A DNA stretch of 64,000 nucleotides, taken from Candidatus Hydrogenedens sp. (lineage in GTDB: Bacteria > Hydrogenedentota > Hydrogenedentia > Hydrogenedentales > Hydrogenedentaceae). The translations under genes and the position numbers were made by a program. Below the pieces are notes generated by a model, which worked only from the letters and a program-made list of their open reading frames with translations, had not been told where the DNA came from and made no database searches. Shown in pieces: positions 48,404 to 57,550 of the stretch (position 1 is the stretch's first letter; the number at the start of each line of letters is the position of its first letter). The DNA lies in the NCBI GenBank assembly GCA_035361075.1, contig DAOSBX010000005.1:27127-91126 (forward strand). The letters run 5' to 3'.

Positions 48404-48865
48404 GTGATACATGATGGTCCATTTGGTAAACCTATAAAGAAAGACTTCCCCCTAATTAATATCACTTCTCTCATAGATGTGATGTTTCTTCTGCTAATAT
48501 TTCTTATTATCACAACTACGTTTAATCCACATTTAGGCATTTCTCTTCAATTACCAGAAGCAAAGTCAAGTAATGCTGTGGAGGATGTCCAATTATGTCG
48601 AATTATTGTAGATTCAAAAGGAGTTATATATATATCCGAGGGGGAAACAAAAGAGCCTAAATCTGTAACACTTGAAGAATTGGAATCACGTTTGAAGGAA
48701 TTAAAAGCAAAAAATCCCCCTCCTTCATTAGTTTTAGAATCAGATGCAGAAGTCCCATTTCGAACCACAGTAAAAATATTTGACCTTGCTTTACAATTGG
48801 GTTATAGTGGGTTAACGATAGCAACGATTCCAAAAAACAATGAGAGTTCATCATTAACCAATTAA
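48404..48865 (+). CDS. exbD: ExbD/TolR-family biopolymer transport protein
   Basis: INITSLIDVMFLLLIFLIITTTF transmembrane helix followed by a periplasmic domain. About 150 aa. Confidence 0.6.
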   Translation: MIHDGPFGKPIKKDFPLINITSLIDVMFLLLIFLIITTTFNPHLGISLQLPEAKSSNAVEDVQLCRIIVDSKGVIYISEGETKEPKSVTLEELESRLKELKAKNPPPSLVLESDAEVPFRTTVKIFDLALQLGYSGLTIATIPKNNESSSLTN

Positions 48866-48897
48866 AAAACGTTGGGAATACTGCACGCTATAAAAAT

Positions 48898-49833
48898 TTA
48901 CAACGGCTCTAATTCAGAGAAGGAAGATCTCTTTTGTGCTGATTTTTGTGGTTCATTGTGAGACTCATTATTTAGATTATTACTACTGCTGTCCTCAATA
49001 GTTTTTTCTAATTGTATACCTTTTTTTAGGTCTAATCCTTTTTGATTTATATCATCTTGGGTTATATCTAATGGTTCTTTTTCCAGCGAAATAAGGAGAG
49101 AATCTTTTTCTCTGGTTCTCTTTTCTTTTATCTGCTTTTTCCGTGCAGTTAAGGATTTAGAATATACGGAATTTAGATATTTAGAAAGGTAGTAGTCAAT
49201 CATCTCACTTTCTAATGATAATTCGCCTAAATCATGGGCGATGTCACAATATCGAGCAACAATTAAATATACATCCTCATCTTTTTTCAAATATTTTAAT
49301 GATTTTTTTAACCAATCCATAGATTCTCTTGGTTGATTTAGTTTAAGATACATGTTAGCAATTCTTATATGAACGGATGGATGATAGGGATAAATTCTCG
49401 CTAATACTAAATACTCATTTAGTGCCCCTTCATAGTCTTTTTCGTGCTCTAATATTTCAGCAGGACCAAATCGTGGTATGTCTGGAGAAGCTTCTTCCCC
49501 TGGCTGAATAATGCTTAAAAAGATTGTCGTCACCAATGAGATAAAACTCTGGGCATATAAAGCAGTGGCAGATACAAATAATCCTAAAGAGGAAAGAATA
49601 TATAGAAGAGTATATTCTTTCATCCAATCCCTAAATTGAAGTATTTCAATACCAAGAATTACAAACATTATTATTAAAGAAATCAAATCGATCCATAAGG
49701 GAACCTCCACTTTCCGTGCCCATTTTTGATATAACATATATAACCCCCAAAAGAACAGAAACCCTAATAATAGCACGCTAATAATATCCGAAGGTTCCCA
49801 TTGAAATACAGGGAAAATATCTGGTTTAGTCAT
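48898..49833 (-). CDS. Hypothetical membrane protein with TPR-like region and acidic C-terminal tail
   Basis: 3-4 transmembrane helices, then helical repeats (YEGALNEYLVLARIYPYHPSVHIRIANMYLKLNQ), then a low-complexity Ser/Asn/Glu-rich tail. Confidence 0.4.
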   Translation of the reverse strand: MTKPDIFPVFQWEPSDIISVLLLGFLFFWGLYMLYQKWARKVEVPLWIDLISLIIMFVILGIEILQFRDWMKEYTLLYILSSLGLFVSATALYAQSFISLVTTIFLSIIQPGEEASPDIPRFGPAEILEHEKDYEGALNEYLVLARIYPYHPSVHIRIANMYLKLNQPRESMDWLKKSLKYLKKDEDVYLIVARYCDIAHDLGELSLESEMIDYYLSKYLNSVYSKSLTARKKQIKEKRTREKDSLLISLEKEPLDITQDDINQKGLDLKKGIQLEKTIEDSSSNNLNNESHNEPQKSAQKRSSFSELEPL

Positions 49834-49986
49834 TCACCTACTATCTTCCATATCTTTTTATGTTGTATGACGATATTTTAAAATGAACTATCATATTAGA
49901 TATTATATGCTAAATCTTAAATTTCTATCTAAATTGGGCAATTATATTTCCACAAATGTAAATATAATTTCATAAAGGACATTATA

Positions 49987-51273
49987 ATGAAATTAGCAGT
50001 AATAGGTGGTGGTAGTTCATACACTCCAGAATTAGTTGATGGAATTTTTGCAAGAAAAGAAAAACTATTATTTGACGAAATATGGTTGATGGACCAAAAT
50101 GAAGAGAGGTTAAGTATAAACCATTTTTTTTCAGAGCGAATGGCAAAAAAATACGGAACGAAGTGTAGATTGTATAAGACATTAGAAATAGACGAGGCTA
50201 TAAAAGATGCTCGCTATGTGCTAACCCAAATCCGTGTTGGACAAATGCAGGCACGAATAAATGATGAACGATTGGGGCTGAAATATGGAATTATTGGGCA
50301 GGAAACAACGGGCATAGGTGGATTTGCATGTGCATTAAGAACCATCCCTGTGATCCTTGAAATTGCACATAAAATGGAAGTGTTATGTCCGAATGCTTTT
50401 TTAATCAATTTTACAAACCCTGCTGGAATTAATACAGAGGCTGTTATTAAATACAGTAAGATACGGACAATAGGACTTTGCAATGTGCCTATTGGAATAA
50501 TTATGCAAATTGTTAAACATTTAGGAGGGAGTCCTGAAGATATAGAATTAGATTATGTGGGATTAAATCATCTCTCATGGGTTCGTAAATTTAAGAAACA
50601 AGGAATTGATATTACTGATGAAGTCCTCCGAACATTTTGGGAGCATGCCGAAGAAGAGTGGGAAGATGAGCCAACACGAAACAATATGTTAGAAGCTATG
50701 AGAAGTCTGAATATGTTTTGCAATTATTACTTACAATATTATTATTCAACAGAATCTGTGTTGAATAAATTAAAGAGTAAAGAAAAAACGAGAGGAGAGG
50801 AAGTTTTAGAGATTGAGCAGAAGCTTTTTGAAAAATATTCCAATCCCAACTTGAAAGAAAAGCCAGAAGAATTAAGTAAACGAGGTGGTGCACATTATTC
50901 AACTGCGGCACTCATGGTAATGGATGCAATTGAAACGGATTCAAAATCTCGTCAAATCGTTTGTTGTAAGAATAATGGAGCAATTCCTACTTTTGATGAT
51001 GATGTATCCGTCGAAGTATCTGCAATTATTGATAAAGATGGAGCACATCCTATTCCACAACCTGCTCCAGAACCTTCTATTCGTGGTCTTATGCAATTAA
51101 TCAAGGCTTACGAAACCTTAACAGTACATTCCGCAGTAAAAGGTGATAAGGAATTAGCATTCCAGGCACTACTAAGTCATCCTCTTATGCCAGACGCCGT
51201 TGGTTGTAGAAATCTTTTAAATGAGGTATTAGAAATAAATAAACCTTATCTAATCCATTTTTTTAATAAATAA
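49987..51273 (+). CDS. Glycoside hydrolase family 4 (6-phospho-glucosidase / alpha-glucosidase, NAD/Mn-dependent)
   Basis: MKLAVIGGGSSYTPELVDGIF Rossmann start. GH4-typical length and CNVPIG region. Confidence 0.7.
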   Translation: MKLAVIGGGSSYTPELVDGIFARKEKLLFDEIWLMDQNEERLSINHFFSERMAKKYGTKCRLYKTLEIDEAIKDARYVLTQIRVGQMQARINDERLGLKYGIIGQETTGIGGFACALRTIPVILEIAHKMEVLCPNAFLINFTNPAGINTEAVIKYSKIRTIGLCNVPIGIIMQIVKHLGGSPEDIELDYVGLNHLSWVRKFKKQGIDITDEVLRTFWEHAEEEWEDEPTRNNMLEAMRSLNMFCNYYLQYYYSTESVLNKLKSKEKTRGEEVLEIEQKLFEKYSNPNLKEKPEELSKRGGAHYSTAALMVMDAIETDSKSRQIVCCKNNGAIPTFDDDVSVEVSAIIDKDGAHPIPQPAPEPSIRGLMQLIKAYETLTVHSAVKGDKELAFQALLSHPLMPDAVGCRNLLNEVLEINKPYLIHFFNK

Positions 51274-51298
51274 CATCTTAATAATAAGAGGAATACCA

Positions 51299-52186
51299 AT
51301 GACAGCATTATCAGAAACAAACTTAAATGGACAGCCACCCACAAGAAGAGGAAAAGTTAGGGATATTTACGATTTAGGGGACAAACTTCTTCTTGTTGCA
51401 ACAGATAGAATTTCAGCGTTTGACTGGGTTAATCCTACACCAATACCTGATAAAGGAAAAATTTTGACGCAGTTATCATTATTCTGGTTTGAAATGATGA
51501 AAGATATTGTGTCCAACCACCTAATTTCATCGCGATTAGAAGATTTTCCACCAGAATTTCAAAAATATCCAGAGATATTTAAAGACCGTTCTATGTATGT
51601 ACGAAAATGCCAAATGCTCCCTGTGGAGTTTATCGTTCGCGGATATTTAGCAGGAAGTGGATTAAAAGAATATAAAGCAAAAGGAACCGTTTGTGGAATT
51701 CCCTTACCATCAGGGCTTGTAGAAGCGAGTAAATTGCCAGAACCTATTTATACACCGAGTACAAAAGCAGAAGAAGGACATGATATTAATATATCACCTC
51801 AAGAGGCAGGAAAAATGATTGGAGAGGAACTGAATCGAAAAGCGGAGAAAGTAGCAATTCAAATTTATAAAAGAGCCAATGAATATGCAATTACAAAAGG
51901 TATTATTTTGTGTGATACCAAATTTGAATTTGGACTATTAGACGGAAAATTAGTGTTAGCAGATGAAATTTTGACACCAGACTCATCGAGATTTTGGCCA
52001 GCAGACCAGTATGAACCTGGGAAAAGTCAACCCAGTTTCGATAAACAGTTTATTAGGGACTACTTGGAATCGGTGAATTGGGATAAGAATTCTCCTCCAC
52101 CACCGTTGCCACCAGATATTGTGGCAAAAACCAGGGAGAAATATCTTGAAGCATTCACACGATTAACAGGTAAGTCTTTAGATTAA
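51299..52186 (+). CDS. purC: Phosphoribosylaminoimidazole-succinocarboxamide synthase
   Basis: RGKVRDIYDLGDKLLLVATDRISAFD...ILCDTKFEFG are canonical SAICAR synthetase motifs. Confidence 0.9.
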   Translation: MTALSETNLNGQPPTRRGKVRDIYDLGDKLLLVATDRISAFDWVNPTPIPDKGKILTQLSLFWFEMMKDIVSNHLISSRLEDFPPEFQKYPEIFKDRSMYVRKCQMLPVEFIVRGYLAGSGLKEYKAKGTVCGIPLPSGLVEASKLPEPIYTPSTKAEEGHDINISPQEAGKMIGEELNRKAEKVAIQIYKRANEYAITKGIILCDTKFEFGLLDGKLVLADEILTPDSSRFWPADQYEPGKSQPSFDKQFIRDYLESVNWDKNSPPPPLPPDIVAKTREKYLEAFTRLTGKSLD

Positions 52187-52216
52187 AATTAACATAAAAC
52201 AGTAGAAAAGGGACGT

Positions 52217-53680
52217 ATGCTCGAACTTGATAAAATTCGCGAAGAATGTGGTGTTTTTGGAATTTATAATCATAAATCTGCACCCAATTGGATTTATTTA
52301 GGTTTATACGCCTTACAACATCGTGGACAAGAGGGTGCAGGTATTGTTTGTTCTGATGGGACAACATTAACAGCACATCGTGGAGTAGGTCTGGTAAATG
52401 ATGTATTTCCCGCACATAAGCTTGCTCGTGTCCAGGGTTTTATGGGTATAGGTCACGTTAGATATTCTACTTTTGGCACAAGTAATTTACGGAATGTCCA
52501 GCCCTTTTTAGTGAATTATATTCACGGTTCTGTCGCAGTATGTCATAACGGAAATCTTGTCAATGGTGCATACTTGCGTCACGACTTAGAACAGAAAGGT
52601 GCTATTTTTCAATCTACGTCGGATACAGAAGTAATAATTCATTTAATAGCCCGTTCCAATGCAGATACTTTCTTAGATGCAGTTATTGATGCCTTAAAAA
52701 AGGTAAAAGGAGCATTTTCTGTCCTTATTATGAACCACAACGAAATGATAGCAGCTCGTGACCCATTTGGTTTTCGTCCATTATGGCTGGGTAAAAAAGG
52801 AAGGGGATATGTTTTTGCCAGTGAAACATGTGCTTTGGATTTGGTTGGAGCGAAATGGTTACGTGAGATAGAACCAGGCGAAGTGGTACATATAAAAGAT
52901 AAAGAGATAAAAAGTGTTTTCCCCTTCAAAAAAGTAGTCCCCAAACAATGTATTTTTGAATATATTTATGTGGCAAGACCAGATAGTTTTATTTTTGGAA
53001 AAAGTGTTGATTTAATTCGAAAAGAATTTGGGAGAGCACTTGCCCGAATTGCTCCTGTTGAAGCGGATTTTGTTATGGCAGTTCCAGATTCGTCGAACCC
53101 TGCAGCGCTGGGTTATGCACATGAATCTGGTTTACCTTTTGATATGGGATTTATTCGTAACCATTATGTAGGGCGCACGTTTATTGAGCCAGACCAAAAA
53201 ATGCGTGATTTCGGAGTAAAAATAAAATTAAATCCATCTCGGGATACTGTCAAAGGGAAAAGAATAGTCCTTGTAGATGATAGTATTGTCCGTGGGACAA
53301 CGGCACGAAAGATAATAAAAATGTTGCGACGTTGTAAAGTAAAAGAGATTCACTACCGTGTGGCATCACCGCCTATTATCAACTCATGTTATTATGGAAT
53401 TGACACACCTGTTAGGGAAAAACTAATTGCATATAAAATGATCAAGAAGGATCAAGAAATAGACGTTGAAAAAATAAGGCAGTATTTAGGGGTTGATACG
53501 TTAGCGTATTTAACAATACCCGCAATGCTTGAAGCAACATTTAGTGATAAAGAGCGTTTTTGTACTGCTTGTTTCGATAATAATTATCCTACACCAACTC
53601 CTCACGATTTTTACTTACCTCCGAGAAACCATAATGTAATAAAAGATACCAATCTTGATGAAGTTCGTCACGGCCGATAG
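52217..53680 (+). CDS. purF: Amidophosphoribosyltransferase
   Basis: N-terminal CGVFGIY (Ntn Cys), GLYALQHRGQEGAGI, PRT motif VLVDDSIVRGTT. C-terminal cysteines (CTACF) suggest the Fe-S form. Confidence 0.9.
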   Translation: MLELDKIREECGVFGIYNHKSAPNWIYLGLYALQHRGQEGAGIVCSDGTTLTAHRGVGLVNDVFPAHKLARVQGFMGIGHVRYSTFGTSNLRNVQPFLVNYIHGSVAVCHNGNLVNGAYLRHDLEQKGAIFQSTSDTEVIIHLIARSNADTFLDAVIDALKKVKGAFSVLIMNHNEMIAARDPFGFRPLWLGKKGRGYVFASETCALDLVGAKWLREIEPGEVVHIKDKEIKSVFPFKKVVPKQCIFEYIYVARPDSFIFGKSVDLIRKEFGRALARIAPVEADFVMAVPDSSNPAALGYAHESGLPFDMGFIRNHYVGRTFIEPDQKMRDFGVKIKLNPSRDTVKGKRIVLVDDSIVRGTTARKIIKMLRRCKVKEIHYRVASPPIINSCYYGIDTPVREKLIAYKMIKKDQEIDVEKIRQYLGVDTLAYLTIPAMLEATFSDKERFCTACFDNNYPTPTPHDFYLPPRNHNVIKDTNLDEVRHGR

Positions 53681-53701
53681 TAGTATATCGTTCCTATTAT
53701 T

Positions 53702-54352
53702 TTATTGTGATTCTGGCATCTTAGGTGATGGAGGAGGTTGTTCTCTACCTCTTCTTAATTGGGCAGGCCTTTGATTATCATAGGGCATACGCTCTTGTTT
53801 CCATTCGTATGCCTTTTTCAAAAACCGTTTTATTTCATTTTCGAAGTCAGAGAAAAGAAGGTATAGCTGTATCTTTGATTCCAGAGGTAAATCTAATGAT
53901 AAATTTTCCACCAACTTGTATTTCTGCTCTTGAATTTCTTTGTCTAACTTTACTAATGTATTAAATTTTTCTTCCAAATTTCCCGATTTTTCTCGTATAG
54001 ATTTTCTAATCTCATTTGCAAGGTCATTTCTTTTTTTAGTCATCTCCGCTAAAATATCCCGTTGCTCTTCATACTTTCTTACTAAAATGACCGTTTGCTC
54101 ATTATTAAGTCTTAATTGCTTAGCAATTTTGGCAAGAACTATTTGTTCTAACATTTCTTTAGCAGGGACATCCTCTCCAAGTGGAGGCGGGTTTATATAT
54201 CCCGGTCCGGGGAAATGACCTCTTTCATCAGGTGGAAAATTAGGCGGTGGACCTTGGGGAGCAGGTTCCATAGGCCCTGGCTGTGCGGTTAGTGTTTGAT
54301 TTAAAAAGAAAAGTATCGCAATAAAGGTTAAGGTAATCATATACTTTTTCAT
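53702..54352 (-). CDS. Secreted periplasmic protein, Spy/CpxP-like (LTXXQ-type) candidate; last gene of the ECF sigma operon
   Basis: Signal peptide, Pro-rich segment, then helical repeats (QLRLNNEQTVIL...AEMTKKRNDLANEIRK). Confidence 0.35.
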   Translation of the reverse strand: MKKYMITLTFIAILFFLNQTLTAQPGPMEPAPQGPPPNFPPDERGHFPGPGYINPPPLGEDVPAKEMLEQIVLAKIAKQLRLNNEQTVILVRKYEEQRDILAEMTKKRNDLANEIRKSIREKSGNLEEKFNTLVKLDKEIQEQKYKLVENLSLDLPLESKIQLYLLFSDFENEIKRFLKKAYEWKQERMPYDNQRPAQLRRGREQPPPSPKMPESQ

Positions 54353-54386
54353 ACGTTATTCTCCGTATAGTTATAGTTTTTTTATC

Positions 54387-54971
54387 TTACATAGATATAT
54401 CAAATTCACCCGTCGCATCTGCGAGCGATAATACCAAATCCGAAATTGTAACTGAATGTAGTTCTTCTCCAACATACTCAGTTTGTATGTATTCATCGCT
54501 CAGAGATGTCAATACGTCCTCTTCATTAATAGGAATTTCTTCTGCCTTTATCATTTCTATTTGTGGTGAACTTAATTCACTATTGTCGGCTACCTGTGTT
54601 ACTTTATCTGTTTTTAATACATCTGTCTTGTTAAAAATGGTATTGTATTGATAGCCAATTATAACGCCGATAATAAATAGAGAAATGGTTACCGTATACA
54701 AAAGGATTGGCTTGTAATTTAATGTTAACACGGGAATGAAATTAGTTTGTGAAAATTTAGTTAATGTCTTAACCTCTTGGCTAATCTTTTTTGAAACCTC
54801 ATCAGAAATTGGAACAATAGGAAGATCTTGAAGTGTAGTCGATATTTTACGATACTCAGCTAATTTTTCCGAACATTCACCGCATTGATGTAAATGTTCC
54901 CTTTGATTATCATTTAAGACAATAAGGCCATCAATTAATTCAGAAATTTCTTCGTCTGTAAAATGTCTCAT
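54387..54971 (-). CDS. Anti-sigma factor (zinc-finger ZAS-like N-terminus, single transmembrane helix)
   Basis: HLHQCGECSEKL resembles the H-x3-C-x2-C anti-sigma motif. Transmembrane helix ILLYTVTISLFIIGVIIGY. 4-bp overlap with the upstream sigma gene. Confidence 0.55.
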   Translation of the reverse strand: MRHFTDEEISELIDGLIVLNDNQREHLHQCGECSEKLAEYRKISTTLQDLPIVPISDEVSKKISQEVKTLTKFSQTNFIPVLTLNYKPILLYTVTISLFIIGVIIGYQYNTIFNKTDVLKTDKVTQVADNSELSSPQIEMIKAEEIPINEEDVLTSLSDEYIQTEYVGEELHSVTISDLVLSLADATGEFDISM

Positions 54972-55543
54972 TTTATCAATACACCTTTTTCTTTTATTTT
55001 TTTTCTTAATTCTGCTCTTGCACGAGCCAAACGACTTCGTACAGTGCCTATCCTACAACCAAGCACTTCTGCAATACTTTCATAATCTAATCCCTGTGTT
55101 TCACGAAGTAATAATATTTCTTTATATTCTGGTGATAACTCCAACATACATTCCTGAACTATGTCTATCAATTCTTTACTTTCACTATATGTTAGTGATG
55201 AAGGAGAATTATTTTTTTCTTTATGGTTATAGTTCCAACGTTCAAAAAGCCGTACTAAGAAATTCTTTTTCCTCTGGTCATTTCTTAATTGATTTAATGC
55301 AAGATTTCGGGCAATTGTAAAAATAAAAGTTTTAAATTGTGCTTTGGGGTCAATTCTATTTATGTTTTTATAAATACGAATAAATGTTTCCTGCACTAAA
55401 TCTTCGGCATTGTGAGTATCTCGGGTGAGATAGAAACAAAGGGTATAAATTTGATTTTTATACCTCTGAATCAAATTATCAAATGCTTCATTATTTCCTT
55501 GTTTTGCTAACGCAACCAATTCCCAATCCTCTAAGGAACGCAT
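54968..55543 (-). CDS. ECF-subfamily RNA polymerase sigma-70 factor
   Basis: Region 2 (YKNQIYTLCFYLTRDTHNAEDLVQETFIRIYKNI...FKTFIFTIARNLALNQLR) and region 4 (ESIAEVLGCRIGTVRSRLARARAELRK). Confidence 0.85.
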   Translation of the reverse strand: MRSLEDWELVALAKQGNNEAFDNLIQRYKNQIYTLCFYLTRDTHNAEDLVQETFIRIYKNINRIDPKAQFKTFIFTIARNLALNQLRNDQRKKNFLVRLFERWNYNHKEKNNSPSSLTYSESKELIDIVQECMLELSPEYKEILLLRETQGLDYESIAEVLGCRIGTVRSRLARARAELRKKIKEKGVLIK

Positions 55544-55559
55544 TTTATTATTTACCTTT

Positions 55560-55600
55560 TATAATATTAAACACTTAAAATAGATGAAAGTTCCCAATAA
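55560..55600 (-). promoter_or_regulatory. Candidate ECF-type promoter (-35 GGAACTT) upstream of the sigma factor gene
   Basis: The minus-strand sequence reads GGGAACTTT (plus 55588-55596), about 45 nt upstream of the sigma start codon. The -10 element is not convincing (TTTAAT about 16 nt downstream). Confidence 0.25.
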
Positions 55601-55617
55601 CTTTTTTAAATGGAGCA

Positions 55618-57018
55618 TTATTTTCGTTTTACGCGAGGTCCATGGGGTGTATCTTCAACAACCCATCCCTGCTCTAATAGTTGGTTGCGTATTGTATCAG
55701 CCAGAGCAAAGTTTTTTTCACGACGAGCCTGCTGACGTTGTAATACTTTTTCCATTATTTCCTGGGGAGTTTCCTCTTCGAATTCTGGATTCAAAATACC
55801 GACCACTTGATTTAGCCTATTTAATAGGCTAATTGCATTCTTAACCCCTTGTTCCCCGACTTCCTTCAAATCTATTTTTTTATTAACATCACGGATAAAA
55901 TCGAAAATAGAAGCAATGGCAGACGAAATATTTAAATCATCATCAAGAGATTCTATAAACATTTTTTCACATTGTGAACATTCTTCAGATAAATCATCTC
56001 CTTCACCCTGAATTTCATTTAGACGTAGTCGAAAATCACGAATGCGACGGAGACTATTTTCAGCAGACTCCACAGTTTCGAAGGTAAAGTTATTAGGCTG
56101 TCTATAATGTGTGGCAAGTAATACCCAACGTATGGCTATGGGGTCTAAGCCTCGTTCTAACAGGTCTCTTAATGTAAAAAAGTTGCCTAACGATTTTGAC
56201 ATTTTTTTACCATCTACAACCAGATGGGCACAGTGTAACCAATATTTAACGAACGGTTTACCTGTGGCACACTCAGACTGGGCTATTTCATTTTCATGAT
56301 GTGGAAACATATTATCTATACCACCACAGTGAATATCAAAACTCTCTCCTAAATATTTCATGCTCATTGCAGAACATTCGATATGCCATCCAGGCCTGCC
56401 TTTACCTAACTCCGTTTCCCAATAGACATCTCCATCATCTTCATCCCAGGCTTTCCAAAGGGCAAAATCACGGGCGTCTTCCATTTCATATTCATCAGTA
56501 TCAACCCTACCACTTGCTCCTACTTTTAAGTCATCGATGTTCATGTGGCTTAACTTGCCATATTCTGGAAATGTACTTAAACGGAAATAGATACTTCCAT
56601 TATGCTCGTAGGTATGTCCGTTCTCTCTCAATTTTTTAATAATCTCAACCATCTCTGGGATATGGTCTGTTGCTCTCGGATAAACATCTGCTTTCTCAAT
56701 CTGAAGTGTCTCTAAATCCTTAAAGAAGGCTTCAATATAAAAATCAGTAATTTCTTTTAAGGATTTTCCCGTTTCACGACAGGTTCGAATAAGTTTATCC
56801 TCGACGTCAGTAATATTCATAACATGGAAAACATCGTATCCCCGAAACGTGAGGTATCTTTTCAGTAAATCCTCAAATATGTATGCACGGAAATTGCCAA
56901 TGTGTGCGTAGTTATAAACTGTGGGCCCACAAGTATACAGTTTCACTTTTTGAGGTTCTATAGGTTCAAAAGGCTCGACTGTTCTTGTTAACGTATTATA
57001 AAAACATACTGCCATCAA
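55618..57018 (-). CDS. cysS: Cysteinyl-tRNA synthetase
   Basis: YTCGPTVYNYAHIGNFRAYIFEDLLKRY (HIGH-region), KMSKSLGN (KMSKS), and Zn ligands. Confidence 0.95.
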   Translation of the reverse strand: MMAVCFYNTLTRTVEPFEPIEPQKVKLYTCGPTVYNYAHIGNFRAYIFEDLLKRYLTFRGYDVFHVMNITDVEDKLIRTCRETGKSLKEITDFYIEAFFKDLETLQIEKADVYPRATDHIPEMVEIIKKLRENGHTYEHNGSIYFRLSTFPEYGKLSHMNIDDLKVGASGRVDTDEYEMEDARDFALWKAWDEDDGDVYWETELGKGRPGWHIECSAMSMKYLGESFDIHCGGIDNMFPHHENEIAQSECATGKPFVKYWLHCAHLVVDGKKMSKSLGNFFTLRDLLERGLDPIAIRWVLLATHYRQPNNFTFETVESAENSLRRIRDFRLRLNEIQGEGDDLSEECSQCEKMFIESLDDDLNISSAIASIFDFIRDVNKKIDLKEVGEQGVKNAISLLNRLNQVVGILNPEFEEETPQEIMEKVLQRQQARREKNFALADTIRNQLLEQGWVVEDTPHGPRVKRK

Positions 57019-57269
57019 CTGACCCTTTCTTTACAATAAAATATCGGATAAAGCAATATTTAGATGAACTAACACATTTGATTATAAAAACTTAGCTATC
57101 ACTATTAGAAATTCTATTCTATTTTTTAGGGATACTAACATGCAAAAACGATTAAGAATAGTACAAGACAAAAACAAAATATCCATTAACTTACATGTAA
57201 ATCTAATGCGTTCCTTTATTTTCTATAGGCAATTTATAGTGCTTTGGTTATTTCTGAGGGAGGTAAAAG

Positions 57270-57353
57270 TGGGCGAGGCGGGAATCGAACCCGCATGGCC
57301 TTACGGCCAACGGATTTTAAGTCCGTCGTGTATTCCTATTCCACCACTCGCCC
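57270..57353 (-). tRNA. tRNA-Leu (anticodon UAA), type II with long variable arm
   Basis: Minus-strand sequence GGGCGAG-UG-GUG-GAAUAGGAAUA-CAC-G-ACGGA-CUUAAAA-UCCGU-long variable arm-GCGGG-UUCGAUU-CCCGC-CUCGCCC-A, read as acceptor stem, D-arm, anticodon arm, variable arm, T-arm and discriminator, with anticodon UAA. A 7-bp acceptor stem, a T-loop TTCGATT and discriminator A all fold cleanly. CCA is not encoded. Confidence 0.85.
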
Positions 57354-57366
57354 ACAGTGGAAATTT

Positions 57367-57441
57367 TGGAGGCGGCACCCGGATTCGAACCGGGGAATGG
57401 AAGCTTTGCAGGCTTCTGCCTTACCACTTGGCCATGCCGCC
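57367..57441 (-). tRNA. tRNA-Cys (anticodon GCA), CCA encoded
   Basis: Minus-strand sequence GGCGGCA-UG-GCC-AAGUGGUAAGGC-AG-AAGCC-UGCAAAG-CUUCC-AUUC-CCCGG-UUCGAAU-CCGGG-UGCCGCC-U-CCA, read as acceptor stem, D-arm, anticodon arm, variable loop, T-arm, discriminator and CCA, with anticodon GCA. Discriminator U73 is as expected for Cys. It lies next to cysS. Confidence 0.85.
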
Positions 57442-57550
57442 TTTTTAATTTTGTAGTTAAATTTTACAAAGAAAAAGTGCTATAATGCAACTATTAAATA
57501 AAATTTTGCTCGTTATGCCTAAAAATCAATGTATTTAAGGATGTTTAGGT

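Noticed and set aside
57140-57456. Two + strand ORFs (102 aa and 70 aa) from the six-frame track
   Set aside because: They are translations across the tRNA-Leu/tRNA-Cys genes. The region folds into two clean cloverleafs on the minus strand, so these are not protein-coding.
57442-57550. tRNA 5' flank considered as a possible integrative-element attachment site
   Set aside because: No integrase, excisionase, direct repeat of the tRNA 3' end, or compositional shift nearby. The tRNA 3' ends face cysS, a core gene.
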